Part shown: in pieces, positions 1-14,900 of the stretch
Layout: each line of letters starts with the position of its first letter
How positions within the stretch are numbered: the first letter of the stretch is position 1
DNA from: Enoplolaimus lenunculus
Lineage: Eukaryota
Reading direction: 5' to 3'
DNA: 64,000 nucleotides
Assembly (NCBI GenBank): GCA_030248215.1
Contig: JASANG010003984.1
Location: forward strand, 62,001-126,000
Notes under the pieces: model-generated
Told to the model about the DNA's origin: nothing
The model's database searches: none
The model's input: the letters and a program-made list of their open reading frames with translations, nothing else
Made by a program: the position numbers and the translations under genes

Positions 1-250
1 CGTTTCCAGTAATTTTTTTCAAATTCCGGTTCCAGTTCCGTTTCCAGCAATTTTTTTCAAATTCCGGTTCCAGTTCCGTTTCCAGTAATTTTTTTCAAAT
101 TCCGGTTCCAGTTCCGTTTCCAGTAATTTTTTTCAAATTCCGGTTCCAGTTCCGTTTCCAGTAATTTTTTTCAAATTCCGGTTCCAGTTCCGTTTCCAGT
201 AATTTTTTCAAATTGCCGTTCCAGTTCGTTTCCAGTAATTTTTTCAAACT
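1..250. repeat. ~39-bp tandem array (caaattccggttccagttccgtttccagtaatttttttt), truncated at window start
   Basis: About 6 near-identical units read directly. Confidence 0.9.
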
Positions 251-545
251 CCACTGGCATCGCGCCGTGAGTATAGCGCAACCCTTAGCCAATTTCGACG
301 AGAAACCCTGACAAAATTTTAATTAATCCAAGATCTTTGTTAAAAACGGCAACTCGAAAATGACAATTTGCCGAACACCACGTGGCAACCGGAATTAAAA
401 AGCACACAAACCGGAGCCGCAAAGCAAAAATAATCTCGAAATAACTAGGAAACACTTAATTTTTAGCATAATTTCATTTATAATGTTACGTACCACCCCA
501 CCCCCCGCTCCATAACACTTTTCACCAATGTCATCAAAACAATTA

Positions 546-1729
546 ACAAGAGTCAGTTAAAACTCGAAATTACAAGAGTCAGTTGAAACTCGAAATTGCA
601 AGAGTCGGTTGAAACTCGAAATTACACGAGTCAGTTGAAACTCGAAATTACAAGAGTCAGTTGAACCTAGAAATTACAAGGGTCAGTTGAAACTAGAAAT
701 TACACGAGTCAGTTGAAACTCGAAATTACAAGAGTCAGTTGAAACTCGAAATTACACGAGTCAGTTGAAACTCGAAATTACAAGAGTCAGTTGAAACTCG
801 AAATTACAAGAGTCAGTTGAAACTCGAAATTACAAGAGTCAGTTGAAACTCGAAATTACAAGAGTCAGTTAAAACTCGAAATTACAAGAGTCAGTTGAAA
901 CTCGAAATTGCAAGAGTCGGTTGAAACTCGAAATTACACGAGTCAGTTGAAACTCGAAATTACAAGAGTCAGTTGAACCTAGAAATTACAAGGGTCAGTT
1001 GAAACTAGAAATTACACGAGTCAGTTGAAACTCGAAATTACAAGAGTCAGTTGAAACTCGAAATTACACGAGTCAGTTGAAACTCGAAATTACAAGAGTC
1101 AGTTGAAACTCGAAATTACAAGAGTCAGTTGAAACTCGAAATTACAAGAGTCAGTTGAAACTCGAAATTACAAGAGTCAGTTGAAACTCGAAATTACAAG
1201 AGTCAGTTGAAACTCGAAATTACAAGAGTCAGTTGAAACTCGAAATTACAAGAGTCAGTTGAAACTCGAAATTACAAGAGTCAGTTGAAACTAGAAATTA
1301 CACGAGTCAGTTGAAACTCGAAATTACAAGGGTCAGTTGAAACTAGAAATTACACGAGTCAGTTGAAACTCGAAATTACAAGAGTCAGTTGAAACTCGAA
1401 ATTACAAGAGTCAGTTGAAACTCGAAATTACAAGAGTCAGTTGAAACTCGAAATTACAAGAGTCAGTTGAAACTCGAAATTACAAGAGTCAGTTGAACCT
1501 AGAAATTACAAGGGTCAGTTGAAACTAGAAATTACACGAGTCAGTTGAAACTCGAAATTACAAGAATCAGTTGAAACTCGAAATTACACGAGTCAGTTGA
1601 AACTAGAAATTACACGAGTCAGTTGAAACTCGAAATTACAAGAGTCAGTTGAAACTCGAAATTACAAGAGTCAGTTGAAACTCGAAATTACAAGAGTCAG
1701 TTGAAACTCGAAATTACAAGAGTCAGTTG
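546..1729. repeat. 26-bp satellite (tacaagagtcagttgaaactcgaaat)n, ~45 units
   Basis: Direct tandem repeat; variant units recur at a 312-bp offset. Confidence 0.95.
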
Positions 1730-3297
1730 CGTCTCAAACGAGCTCAATTTTACCTTCAGAAACACAAAATAAATAACACCAAGAATACTTACCGGAAACT
1801 CCAGTACAAAAATACCAGATTCAATAGCGAAACCGGATTGTGAAAAATATTGGATTCCGCCTACGTACCACCGGAACCAGAATTCCACTTTACATCCTGG
1901 CTAAAATCGTTTAGATACTTTTAGCAAAAGCAAATTTTTAAACGGCATAGCATCTGATTAAAAAATGAAATAGCGGTCCTTATTTTTTCAAGCCTTCTAT
2001 GATGAGGTGAGGGAGGAGACGAAGAGAGCAGGTGTACGACCGCCCGGATATCCGGTTCCGGCTTAATATCCGGCAAAACAGATATCCGTATCCGGTATCC
2101 GGTAAATTACTATGCGGTCGTACCATGGAAGACAGGGATGAAAATAGGAAGGGAGAGATGAAATTCAAAACGAGACCCCAACGATACAAATAAAAACCAT
2201 TTCCCTAAGGGTTGCGCTATACTTGACGTCCGGCGCCCGTCAGTCACCGTCAGTCTCAGTCGGCGCCGCACGTCAACAAACGTAGAGCGCAACCCTAACG
2301 CCATTCAATATACATATACTATTATTACTACTACGTATATTAACGAATGTTAAACAAATATATTACTTAATCTTTTAACAAAAACAACCACAAGTTCTCC
2401 GATATCGTAAATTTCCCAACTAACATCCTCGTATACTCGCATTAAAACACATCCTAAACTTTCACTTTAAATAGTTTAAATTTTTATAGTTTCAAATAAC
2501 TCGTTCCAAACTACTACTTCAATCACTGCTAGACAACCATCCAATCGCATATATACGTATACTTCCGACCAACTATAGTAAACTTAGCAAAATGCTTACA
2601 TTTCAACAACGTTACGCAACCAAAAATTCGTCATTTCCCATCCAAAGCTATCAAACAACAACCAAATTGGCCATCAAAATTTCAAAACAATTCAGTCTAA
2701 CACTGACTAATCTGTCGTCACCACCGTCGTAGTCAGCGGCCGCCCATTCCTTACCACCATCTGCCTATTAAATAGCTGTTTACTCTTCCGACCCAATGAT
2801 TCATATACGTCGAGCGAGTGATTAAACAATGAAATATTTAACAAAAATTTAAAAAATGCTTAAAAATACTCATAAACAACACAACTACCCGCCTACGCGA
2901 AATATCATCCAAACGTAGGTTATAGGGTTAACGATCTATTCAGCCAACATACAGTGTTTGGTTAAGCCTAGCTATCTCATCTGAACCATTACTATTTGGC
3001 TAAATTTATTCAGCATCGATTTAATGCGGTTACATTTATATTCATTTACCCTCCTACGCAATCACGCGACAATATTTACGTAAATATATAATATATCTGA
3101 CGTTAGCATCTCATGCCGCCCACATATATTTACCATTATACCAACACACTCGATGACACAATAAATACATTAATGAAAAAATTCCATTCAAGCAAGTATA
3201 TATATACACCATGTAATAGGAATCTGTTTCATTTTCCCACACACCAAAAGTTCCTAGTATTTTACATTGGGTACGAGTATATAGATATATTGTATAT

Positions 3298-3869
3298 AAA
3301 AGCAGTCGTCGTGGGACTACATGTATTGAGCGAAGCGCGAACACACTTAAGCAATTAAGCTAATATGCAAATTAGTTATTAGCTAACTATTTATTTGTCG
3401 GTTTTGGAGGTTTGTAAGCAATTTACTCAGATTCCTCGCACCCAAAAACCCTTCAGTCACCCTAATAATTATTGAAATAATTTAAAAAGTACTAATTTTG
3501 TCTTGTCAATCAATTAAGCTAATATGCAAATTAGCTATTGCCTAACTATTCGGTTACCGGTTTTGAGGGTTTGTAAACAATTTATTCAGATTCGTCGCAG
3601 CCAAACACATCGTTCCATACTGAAATTAGATTACTTGCAACCATAAAAAATTAGGGAAAAAATGTACAAAGTCCTAATTTAGGCTTAACCAATTACATAA
3701 ATTAGCCTGTAGCTAATAAGGTTAACACCCAGGATAATATGCTATCAAACTAAAAAGTTTACTACGGTTCGTGAGATCTTTTCGGACGAACAGACGGCCG
3801 GACATCCACCTTTCGACCTCCGAGCACCAAACCATAAAACGCTTCGCGACACTACAAGCTTCGCTCAAT
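3298..3869 (-). mobile_element. DINE-1/HINE-like non-autonomous element (putatively Helentron-associated)
   Basis: Sub-terminal inverted repeat attgagcgaagc/gcttcgctcaat, terminal stem-loop then T-run on the minus strand, cagacgg-type microsatellite, ~160-170-bp internal tandem repeats; related copies at 36281-41022, ~41245-41700 and ~14130-14300. Confidence 0.65.
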
Positions 3870-6800
3870 CAGGGCTTACAATGTTGGTTCTGTACTGTAA
3901 CCGATTGGCAAATCCTTCATTCACTTTCAACAATGGATAATCTCTCTTTACGAGGGTATGCAACTGGGTACATTCTGTGTAGAAAAGAATATATTCAGCG
4001 CGCGTTGTGTTTTTGCCCGACACTCCTCATTTATGGGGTGGGAAGGTACTATCCACCAATATTTACAATCTGAATCGAAGGTGCTGTGATCATACGTAAT
4101 TCAACGCCGCCGATACTTACAGTGACTGTTCGCCAAAGTGGTACGTAGGTACCCCCTGACAACGAGGTGGGAGATCGGGCAAAAACGCAACACACGTTGA
4201 ACTGTAAAACAATTTTGCGCGGGTAACGACTAACGGGCAACGACATTTTGCGCGGGAACACCCGCGAGTTAGAAAATCAACCTTTCCGCGGGTAAAGCGC
4301 ACCGCAGCTAAAAAACCTCTACCCACTTACCCCTCTGGTAGGGGCTACAACACGAATTTAAAAGATTTTCCTCAACAGCTCAATCTTAAAATACAGCACC
4401 AAATTCGCTAAAACTGCGCATTAAGTAAAGCTGTAAGATTTCAAAACAGGAAAAAAATACCGTATTCTCCCACCGGAAAATCTTGAATCCACCCACGCCT
4501 GCTGGCAAGGTTAGGTGTATCAAGCCAAACATTGTTCCTTTGCTTCACACCGTTGACATTATTCTAACTGAACTTGAGCTGATGGCTGCCTGGTGTATAC
4601 AAAATTCAACTCTTGTGACGTCACAGCATCGAGTATAACAACAACCGCAGGCGCCAGTATGTCTACAGGCACGCACGAAACGAACGAGTATACGTATATT
4701 TAATTACTCGCCTTGACAAATACAAAACAACATGTGTTAGCATTGAAAAATCAAATCTGGCCAAATTCACTCCATCCGGGCCCGCAGCCAAAAGGGTGGC
4801 AGGGAAGGGGGTCAGCCTCCGCCCACTGGAACAACTTTGCTCCAACCCCTAGAAAATTTTCAACCTTGTTTGTAAGTCATCGAAAACTCTTGTATGCCCC
4901 TCGTGAAAAATGTTCAACCCACCGATCAAGGTGATCTGGATACAGGCGTGCCTCCTACACAAATCGTTCTCGGGTTACATCAGGACACCTACGTAAAAAA
5001 ACCATCAGGTTCCACAAGTATCCAAATGGTACGTGTGTGCACTGGTATAAACTTTGTTTCCCTACCAACCTAGAATATGGGTGACGTTCCACAGCTGATG
5101 AGGTATAACTATATTAATCCTCCGGCAAATGTTACTTTAAGGTGCGTAACAGTAGATTAAGCGTATTCGTAAGCCTAAGCCTAAAAGCCTAAGCGTTGCA
5201 ACAATGTGTTCCTAAGCCGAAGCCTAAGCAAAAAATGTAACCTAGAATCTAAACCTACTCTTTCATAGACCCACCAGAAACCTGGACGCCTCTTAAAGTA
5301 ACATGGGCCAGCCCAGCTATACATTGTTGTACTTTAAAAGTACTATCAATTCTCAAACTCTCTAGTTCCGATTCCGCTATTACTTTCTTCTTCCGATTCT
5401 GGTAATAAATTTTAAAATTTCCTGTTCCGGTATAATTCAGTTCAATTTTCCACTCTGATCCCGACCAACCGGAATCTTCGTGTTGCTCTGAAACATTTTT
5501 GGCTAACAAAAAAGCAACAAAACTACCCGCAAATCAGTTGGCTACCGATTGTCAATAAACAAGCTTACAGTTATACCCTTGTTAGCACCTGCTCCAAGCC
5601 GGGTCTCAAAAAACCCCCAAACAGTTCCTGGAACTCACACCAGACACCGGGGTGAAACTAAATTTCAAAATATCATTTTCACAACAGCATAGGCCGACCA
5701 AAACTAACAAGTATACACGTATATTTTAAATTTTCCTATTTGCCGTTAACAATTAGTTATATTATTTACGCATTTATCACATAAATCTATGATACAACTT
5801 TGTATTTTAACCTTTAAATCCGTATAATATATATATATGTTTAATTTACGATTATAAATATTCCGGCCTTCCGGCAAAGGTACAGAATCTGGATCCACCC
5901 TGAGATTTTAACAAAAGTGGTCCATCCTATAGATCTCGACGAGCTGAATTAAACGGTACCATTTTTATGGCTGCATGACCAACGATTCAAAAGGTATGGC
6001 CCTCGAAATTATAAAAGAAAGTATTTATCGTCGATATTTTCGTAAAATATAAACTTTACTAGGTTTATTCCTTACACAAATTTGATTGGTTGTACGTTTT
6101 ATATATAGTAAAAATTTCAAGTTTAAAGGGCCATAACTATTGAATTGAGGGCCCTACAGTGCTAAAAATTGTACCGTTGAACTCAGCGCGTCGAAATCTA
6201 CAAAATGAACTGTATCTCCGCCAATATTCCACCCTCCCCATACTTTGGTACTTTCCAAACTTTATATTGTTTGCTACATCGTAACAGCAAGACACTAGAA
6301 ATATATAGTTTTAAAAAATTAACCAATTAAATTCATTAATCAAAATAACACCTTTAAAAATTAACCAATTAAACTTATGAATGAAAATAACAGCTTTACA
6401 AATTAACCAATTAATTTCATAAATGAAAATAATAGCTTAAGAATTAACCAATTAAATTTATAAATGAAAATAACTTATAAATTACATAACCTACGTATAC
6501 CTGGTTCAACCCAAACAATAATTAAATGTATATTATAGTTTTCAATGAAAACCTATTTTACATACAAAAAATCATATATATATACATATACGTATATATA
6601 CATATATATTAGCATATTACGTCTAATTGCGTTCAGCTTCACGAAAAAGCGGTTGCCATTCTAGGTCAAGTAGCGGGTTATATCGTTTCGCCTGATGATG
6701 TAATTCAACATAACAATATAACCAACTACCTCACACTGAATGCCGCGTTAATAAAGTATCATGCGTTGCATCGTCGTAGGTTTTACACGTTCACCGTTAT

Positions 6801-6964
6801 ATAATTATTTTGTTGGTTTGGTTTGGTCCGTTGTACAATGCGTGATTGAATGCGTTCATGGGCAACAATTAAACAATTACTATTTGCCCACAAGTTAATA
6901 CATGTCTTGGCATCATTATTCGACCAAGTGTAACGGTTGTAAATATATTATGCATTACAGGCAT

Positions 6965-6996
6965 TACTGTTAATTTATTATTAATATTATTGCTAC

Positions 6997-7028
<32 letters not shown>

Positions 7029-7110
7029 TTATTAATATTATTATTGTTATTATTATTATTGTTATTACTATTATTAATTATTATTGTTATTACTATTATT
7101 ATTGTTATTA
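6965..7110. repeat. (TAT)n microsatellite
   Basis: Direct reading. Confidence 0.9.
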
Positions 7111-7399
7111 AGTATATACGTTTTTAACAAGCAGTTTTCAAATGTCCTCAAATGTCAATTTTCAATACAAAAGTAACAGGATTGTTGTAACAAGAATGAC
7201 CTGACTGGAGGGTGCGGGCGGCCCCTGTTACATCCGCCAATGTCTGCCGGCCAGTCACACGTTTGGCTCGTTAAGCACAAAAGTTTACGCTTCGAATATT
7301 GATCCTATCCTTAGACGCAATCGAACAGACTGAGGTCTACCGTAAAGACTGGCTTCGACTAATTTTTCTATCTCGACCTTGAATCTACTTGTAGTCGAC

Positions 7400-7816
7400 A
7401 AGGGGGCAATCGGAATTCCGATTCCAATAAAAATTCCGATTCAAAACGAGTTCCGATTCCGATTCCGATTGCACAATCAATCGGAATCGGAATTTCCATA
7501 TTTTAGTTTTACGTCAACTTGTTGTGATATGTTGTATAAAAATTCAGCATCATTTATCTATTCATTTGTTTTTGATAAGTTAACTTATCAATAATTGATT
7601 GCAGTTTAGCTTTACAGAGCCAAAAATGACTGCCAAAATGTTTATTCGACGGTTTGAGTATTGTTGCCAGCCAACAGACACCCATAATCAATAATATACT
7701 TGTTAAGGCAAATTATCCGTATAGTCATAAATTCTGTAGTTCCGATTCCCATTCCGGTATAAATTTGCTGTTCCGACTCCGATTCCGGTATAATCCAGTT
7801 CCGCTTTGCACCCTGC
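7400..7816. mobile_element. hAT-like MITE (cagggtgcaa...ttgcaccctg family)
   Basis: Degenerate TIRs and degenerate 8-bp TSD (tagtcgac/caatcgac); body shared with ~9262-9701 and ~18809-19214. Confidence 0.6.
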
Positions 7817-7952
7817 AATCGACTAATTTAATTTTAACAATTAAAATCTTACCTGCACAGACAGCAACTGAATTTTTTAAGTTACGTACTTACTTACTGT
7901 CAACAGAAAACGTGAATTACATACATATACCACACTTGATTATTGGTAGGCA

Positions 7953-8260
7953 TCAACCGACATACATCCGTTTCATATCCAACCGACATACATCCGTTTC
8001 ATCTTTAACCGACATACATCCGTTTATCCAACCGACATACATCCGTTTCATATCCAACCGACATACATCCGTTTCATCTTTAACCGACATACATCCGCTT
8101 CATATGCAACCGACATACATCCGTTTCATCTTTAACCGACATACATCCGCTTCATATGCAACCGACATACATCCGTTTCATCTTTAACCGACACATCCGT
8201 TTCATATGCAACCGACATACATCCGTTTCATCTTTAACCGACATACATCCGTTTCATATC
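7953..8260. repeat. 26-bp tandem array (aaccgacatacatccgtttcatcttt / ...atatcc)
   Basis: About 12 units with two alternating variants. Confidence 0.9.
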
Positions 8261-8910
8261 AAAATCGATTGTCATTCAAAACCTAAAATATATACAGCGT
8301 ATATAAAAGTATATATTCGTTTACCGACTTTTTTGCCAGATATTGAACCTGAATAGATATCCAATCCGATCCCTTGGTAAAATATATACGTACTGCCATC
8401 AATCATATCATATCAATGCACAACTACCCGAACCAGATGTCAAATTTTAGTGCCGGTGTCACGGTATAAACTTTCCGCCCCTCCCCTGCGTAAAATTTAT
8501 CCCCGGACGAATTAGACCAGTTTATTTTTGCCCACTCACAATATAATTGCTCGCCGTTTTAGTTTTCCCCAGCATCGGTCATCATAAGATTGTTTCCTCC
8601 GATGAATTCGAATTCCCTTTTCGACCCGACATCTTCTCAAACAGTATATACCCTAAGTAGAATTGTCAAAATTTTAAAGCAAGTTCTACTGCAATATAAC
8701 ATTTTAAGCATTGTATAAATGTCAAAATTCCCAAACCAGTTTACAGCTAGGAAATATGTAGAGAACCTCAAACCAGTTTACAGCTAGGAAATATGTAGAG
8801 AACCTTATCCAGATTAAACGGTTTCAACGCGTATCCATACATATGTAACGTATAGTACCAAAGTGGCGGTGTGTATTTATATACAGATCCATTGTAGCCA
8901 AAAATTTGCA

Positions 8911-9050
8911 TGGCTGCGTAGCTCAGTGGTTAGAGTAGCGAACCGGGTAATCCGTAAGTCGTACGCGTAGCTTCCAGCAACACCGCATCTGCAGTAAAAT
9001 TTTCGTGAAGGGCTTTATATGATACTGCTTAACTTTGCACATTTATATAC
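8911..9050 (+). mobile_element. tRNA-derived SINE, degenerate
   Basis: A-box tagctcagtggttagag; body shared with 23048-23340, which keeps a B-box (ggttcgatccc) and is interrupted by a MITE. Confidence 0.55.
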
Positions 9051-10933
9051 AACATAACAATTTCCTTGTAATTTTCTCACGAATGATTCAAGTAATTTCA
9101 TTTTCGTTCAAAACCTTCGAGCTTCCTAATGTTCCAGATCAAAGTATTAGATAGTTTACCGTCACCTTCTTGGAATTCTTACACTAAAATTGTAGTGGAA
9201 ACAAATGCCGCCGTGAGAAAAATTTCGCTCTCAGTTGACCATGATGTACGTACCTGACAAGCAGGGTACAACTGGAATTCCGATTCCGATTAGAATTAAA
9301 ATTAAAAATCGAGTTCCGATTCCGAATCCGATTGCAACAGTCAATCGGAATCGGAATTTTAAAATTTCAATTTTAATTCTAATTGTTGTCATATGTTGCA
9401 TAAGAGTTCTGTATCATTTATCTATCAAATTGCTTTCGATGAATTAATTATAATTTATTAATAATACATGCATTGTAGTTTAGCTTTACAGAACCGAAAA
9501 AGATCGCCACTTTGTTCATGCGACGTTTTTGAAAATTGTTGCCAGCCAACTACAGACACCCTAAATCAATCAATATATAATATACTTGTTGATACAAATA
9601 ATCCGTATAGTCGCAAAATTTCTAGTTCCGATTACGATTATAATTTTGCTAAAAATTTGCAGTTCCGCTTCCGGTATAATCAAGTTACGCTTTGCTCCCT
9701 GCTAAAATGTATGGCCAAGAATTAATCTGATATACTTCAACAGGTAAAAATTACACAGGAGAACGAATTAAACTGCGACTTTTGTTATATTCTGCTGGGG
9801 GGACACATTAAACTGGTTTCATTCATACGGTGGCGGCGGGGGGGGGGGAAGAATTAAACCGTGACACCGGACACGAAAATTATGGGGTCTTAAGTGGAAG
9901 CTTCATGTACAGGTATCCATAGTATCCATACCAAAAATTCACAATGTATGGCCAGCCGGATAACACATATGCCATTCTTAAACAAACAGGTTATACGGGA
10001 TTTTTCTTCTAGACAATGTCTCAATGTAGGCTAGCACTGGTTTCCAAACGGAGTCCAAATATTTTAAGCGCATATTTCAATTTTATGCAAATAAAGATTA
10101 TAGTAACTCGATCCAAGGTGCAATCGAAATTCAATTCTTTCCGACAAATCAGTAATTTTTCACTTTCGTTCCGGTTTCGGTATTAAATCCGGTATTTTTT
10201 CACGGGATTGTTCCGGTGCTGTCCATGTTAATCATTTTTGCGCTTCAAAAGTTAAAGCTGATTTTATTTGTCGAATTTTGTTACTTTCGAGTAAATACAT
10301 GGATCTGAGAGTAGTACGTTCGCTACCGCAACATACGTACCAATTTCACCGTTTTTTTCGGTTCCAGTTATTTTTCACTATCCGGTTCAGGTAAAAGCAG
10401 AACATCCGAGAACCGAGACCCGACTTAACTTTCTGTTTCCGGTTCCTTCGGTATTTCGTTTGAATTCCGGTTGCACCTTGACCCGGACATACCAATAAAG
10501 TTTCATTCATCTGATTTGAATTTCCAAATGATACATTCAACATCTTGTTGGTTGTGGTTCTACCGAATACACCCATTCAATATTGTGTTGTCTGTAGTTT
10601 TGACCTAAAGGAACGATGGATATTTAATATATAACTTTATATATAAATAATAGTACTAAACTTTATATTTCATTCAATAAAAATAATTACGAAAAGCAAT
10701 CTGAAAGAAAATACCGACTCTGGTATTGTACATTTCCACCACACGTTTTGGGTTAGTCTAAGACTTAGGTTTACACAAAAGCTTACCTAAGCCTAAACCT
10801 TATGCCTTTGCCAAAGCCTAAAACTTATACCTGTACCAAAGCCTAAACCGTATACATTTACCTAAGTGTACACCTTACAGCTTTACCGAAGCCTATACCT
10901 ACCGTTTTCTAAGCCTAAACCTTATACCTTTAC

Positions 10934-11328
10934 CAGGGTGCAACCGGAATAACAATTTACCGGAAACGGAAGCGGAATTTGAAAAAATTACCGGAACCAG
11001 AACCGGAGAATAAAAAATACATGCCACCGAAAAATTCATTTTAATTTTCTTCGTTGCAATATTAGTGCTGAAATAACCCTTAGTTGGAGATAGGTATTCA
11101 CTTTATCTACTGTATTTTAGATTTTCATAATTCACGGAGGCGAAATCTACCTTCGGTGGTTTATTTTCGGCGATTGTCAAGGTTTGCATACTATACTATG
11201 TAATGAAATTTTTATTTTTATCGTCAGTTTTAGTAAAATATCTTAATTTCCACCGACCAAATTTTAACACCGGAATTAAGAACGTGAAAAAATGCCGGGA
11301 CCGGAACGGGAATTCCGGTTGCATCCTG
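10934..11328. mobile_element. hAT-like MITE
   Basis: TIR cagggtgcaaccgg/ccggttgcatcctg; perfect 8-bp TSD acctttac; close relative in reverse orientation at 48990-49371. Confidence 0.85.
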
Positions 11329-11489
11329 ACCTTTACCTAAACCTAAACCTTAAATCTTTACCTAACCTTTAACTTGTGCGTTGGAAACTGTACAAGAGCA
11401 GAATATGTCACGTACAACACAAAGCAACAGAACGTCACAATTATAGGAGCCGAGAATAGAACCGGATATTTCAATTTAAACGTATATAC

Positions 11490-11917
11490 CAGGGTTCCAT
11501 CGGAATCCCGATTCCGGCTAAAATTGCGGCAAAATTTGACATCCGATTCCGATTGCGGCTGACTGCTGTTCCGATGCCGGAATTCTGATTTTTCCGTGAT
11601 GAATTTTTTAAGGTGATTGAGCTTAGATTTTGCTTGTTTCGTTTTGTTTCGTTCATTTGCAATTATTCTGTTGGTTTTTTCTTAGTAAATATTCCGAGTT
11701 GTTCGTATATTCCGTCAGCTATATAAACAATTTTTGATGAAACAGTGAACAGTAACGAAAACAAGCATACTGCAACAAAAGTTAAAAGTCATACACTATT
11801 AACTTTTTAATAGAATTACTAAAACTTGATTCCGATTCCAATTCCGGTTCCGACAGAAAAATTTGATTCCGATTCCGACTTCGCTTCCGACAAAATCTAG
11901 TTCCGGTTGAAACCCTG
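11490..11917. mobile_element. hAT-like MITE
   Basis: cagggtt...aaccctg ends; perfect 8-bp TSD gtatatac; second copy at 15954-16318. Confidence 0.85.
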
Positions 11918-14900
11918 GTATATACCATTTAATTCCACTTAATTTGGTGCCAACGCAGAGTTTGTGCCACGATTGGCCTGCTATCAAAATTCACATACGA
12001 CACATTTTTCAGCAATTCGGTGTTGAAAAACGCCTGTACCAGCAGATGCTAGCTAGTTCGTGTTGATTAACTCTTGCATACATATTTGGTCAAAAATACG
12101 TATACACATATATGTATATATTTATATATGTATATATAATATATATTGCAGCTTTATCCATTCTTGATTTGAGTATACGACCAATATTGATCATAGCCTG
12201 ATGAAACTATACCCTACCTACGGTTAAAACACTACCGTCACCGACGGGAGTCTGTCTCGCCTATACTCCTTATTACCTGAGCATCTAAACCAAAGTACTC
12301 TGTTTAGTCACGGCCGGAATCAACCACTAGCCTTCCCCAATAACACTATAATCGGTCAAACGTTCACCATCAACAGAAACACACCAAGGAACCACACCAG
12401 CCCTCATCAACACGTCTGGACCAAAACGATCGTTCAAACTCCAATAAATTGCCTTAAACGACTGCGCTATACTCGCCGCCCAACGCCGCCTACCAGACCG
12501 CGTCGTCAAAAAATACTTTCTAAGCCAAACACGGTACCACGCGGCGTCGATCGGCAGCATCCGTCGACGCCCAGTGGCAAACGGCCGAGCGGCACAGCAA
12601 AAGCACACCGAACCCGTTGTTAACCAGCCCGGATCATTAATCCGGACACCAGTAGCGTAGGTAGCATTTCATTTCACGGGGGGTGAGCATTATTTAGATG
12701 AATACTGTTAACCCTGTTAGAAATATTTTGATTTCGCCTCTTAAAAAAGTTCCGCCGCGTTGTATACGCCCCTGCTCTGCATAGTGTTTTAGCTTCAAGG
12801 ACCACCCGCATCAATGCAAACTATTATACCTCAACCAATTGGCTCATGGTAAAATTTATACACATATGCACATATATACACAAATATACACAACCATACA
12901 TTAAATATACTAACATATTCTACACGTATGCATAATATATACATACAAACACAACATATACTACAACGAACCAATACGTACTCAGTCTATCAGGTATTAT
13001 TCTCCCCTCACAATAGATACAGCTAAATCCCAGACGCTGAAGCTCAAAAAAAAAGTAACACATCCAACTAAATATAATCACTAGCGGATACGGAGGGGGG
13101 CAGGGGGGTGCGTGCTGCCCAACCCCCCATTAGAAATTTTTTTATAAAAAACACAATATTTCCCACACAATTTTTTGGCGATACAATAATACGGTCCCTA
13201 CCTTACAATTTTTACGTTTCATAACATTTGCCAGCTCGCACCCTCCGTCAACATTTTTTTGCATCCGCTCCTTAATATAACCAAATCACTATACATTACA
13301 CATACAATACACATTCAATGCTGTACGTATATACAAGTCTGTTACTATGTGTACGTATATACTGAAGCTATAATATCGTCTTATTCGCTATCCCAGATCT
13401 GGTGATCATTGGTGCTACATAGCATACATTTGAAAATACGCGTCACAAGCTTTAGAATTAGCTTTCACGCCTCAAATATCGTTCACTATTGTACCCGTCG
13501 CTAAAAATTGATTGTACAAGAGAATTAATGGAACAGCCTTTGGTTCCTGTTCATAATATATACCAGAGCAGTAGGCTCGTAACCAGCTCACGTTGATAGA
13601 TGGGGGGCTAAAAATATTTCAGGAGGGACATACAATGATTTTCGATGACTTACAACCAAGGTCGAAAATTTTCCATGGGGGCTAAAACCTCTCTGGGGGG
13701 GCTGAACCCCCACCCCTGGCCCCTTTTGGCTACGCGCCGGCCGACAAGCCAGCCAAGAACTGCAGATTACATACGATAACATTAACAACGGGCATCACCT
13801 TCAATGCTGTAAAGACCTGTTTGGATTCACCACCACGTATACATTGTACACTGATATACTTATGAGACAGCATCTGTAGACACACAACATCGGGTAACAT
13901 TTTTTAGTCTTCACAACAACAGCCCAGACAAAACAACTTAAAACAAATTCTGCCAACAAGTAACTGCATTTGATACTTTCAGCTCATAGAAATTAAAATA
14001 AACGGTGTACCGTATATTTAGGGTGCGATCACCGGATATTAATGTACCGGATACCGGAGCCGGATGTGAAGTTTTACGTTTTTTACGCCATACGTCGTTT
14101 GTTAGCAACTTGTATTCGGTAAATTTGGGTATGCCAAAATTAGAACTTTTTGCATTATTTCGTTGGTTATTTATGGTTTCAAGCAATCTCATTTTACGAC
14201 TAAACGGTGGTTTTTGTGTGCGAGGAATCTGAATAAATTGTTTATAAACCTCCAAAACAGATCAATGAATAGTTAGCTAATAATAACTAATTTGCATATA
14301 TATTATTAATATATCATTAAAACAATGACTACAACACGAACGCCAATCCATACCATCAGTGTTCAACCGGAATTCCGATTCCGACAGTTTTCATCTTCCG
14401 GTCCCGTTTCCGTCAATGTTTTCAAATTCCGGTTCCGGTAAATTTTAATTCCGGTTGCACCCTGGCTACCATTTATTCTGTTGACTAGTGTTAACATTCG
14501 ATATTTGGCACAGATACAAACATAAAACCGTTCAAATACTCGTCAAAATTCCATACAAACCACTCCATCTATCCCCAATACGTACGTATAACTGCTATAG
14601 CATTCACACAAACATCACCATTGCATCCACATTCAAACTACATGTAAACTTTAGAGCGTTAGACTAATTTTTAACACATTGAATGTGTTAAAAAAATCAC
14701 ACCCACATAAAATCAAACCGCACACATATCACAACAATAATCAATACAAAACATATACAAATAATATATATAAAAAATTAACAAAAAAACACTTAGATAC
14801 CATTAAATTATAAATATACACACTGGCGACTCCGAATGGCCCCCGCACCCGCCCACGACACGACTGACCAACTGGGATCACAAATCAAACTATTCTTATT

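Noticed and set aside
546..1729. CRISPR-like regular repeats (also 20575-21808)
   Set aside because: Units are head-to-tail with no unique spacers, no cas genes are present, and the context is eukaryotic.
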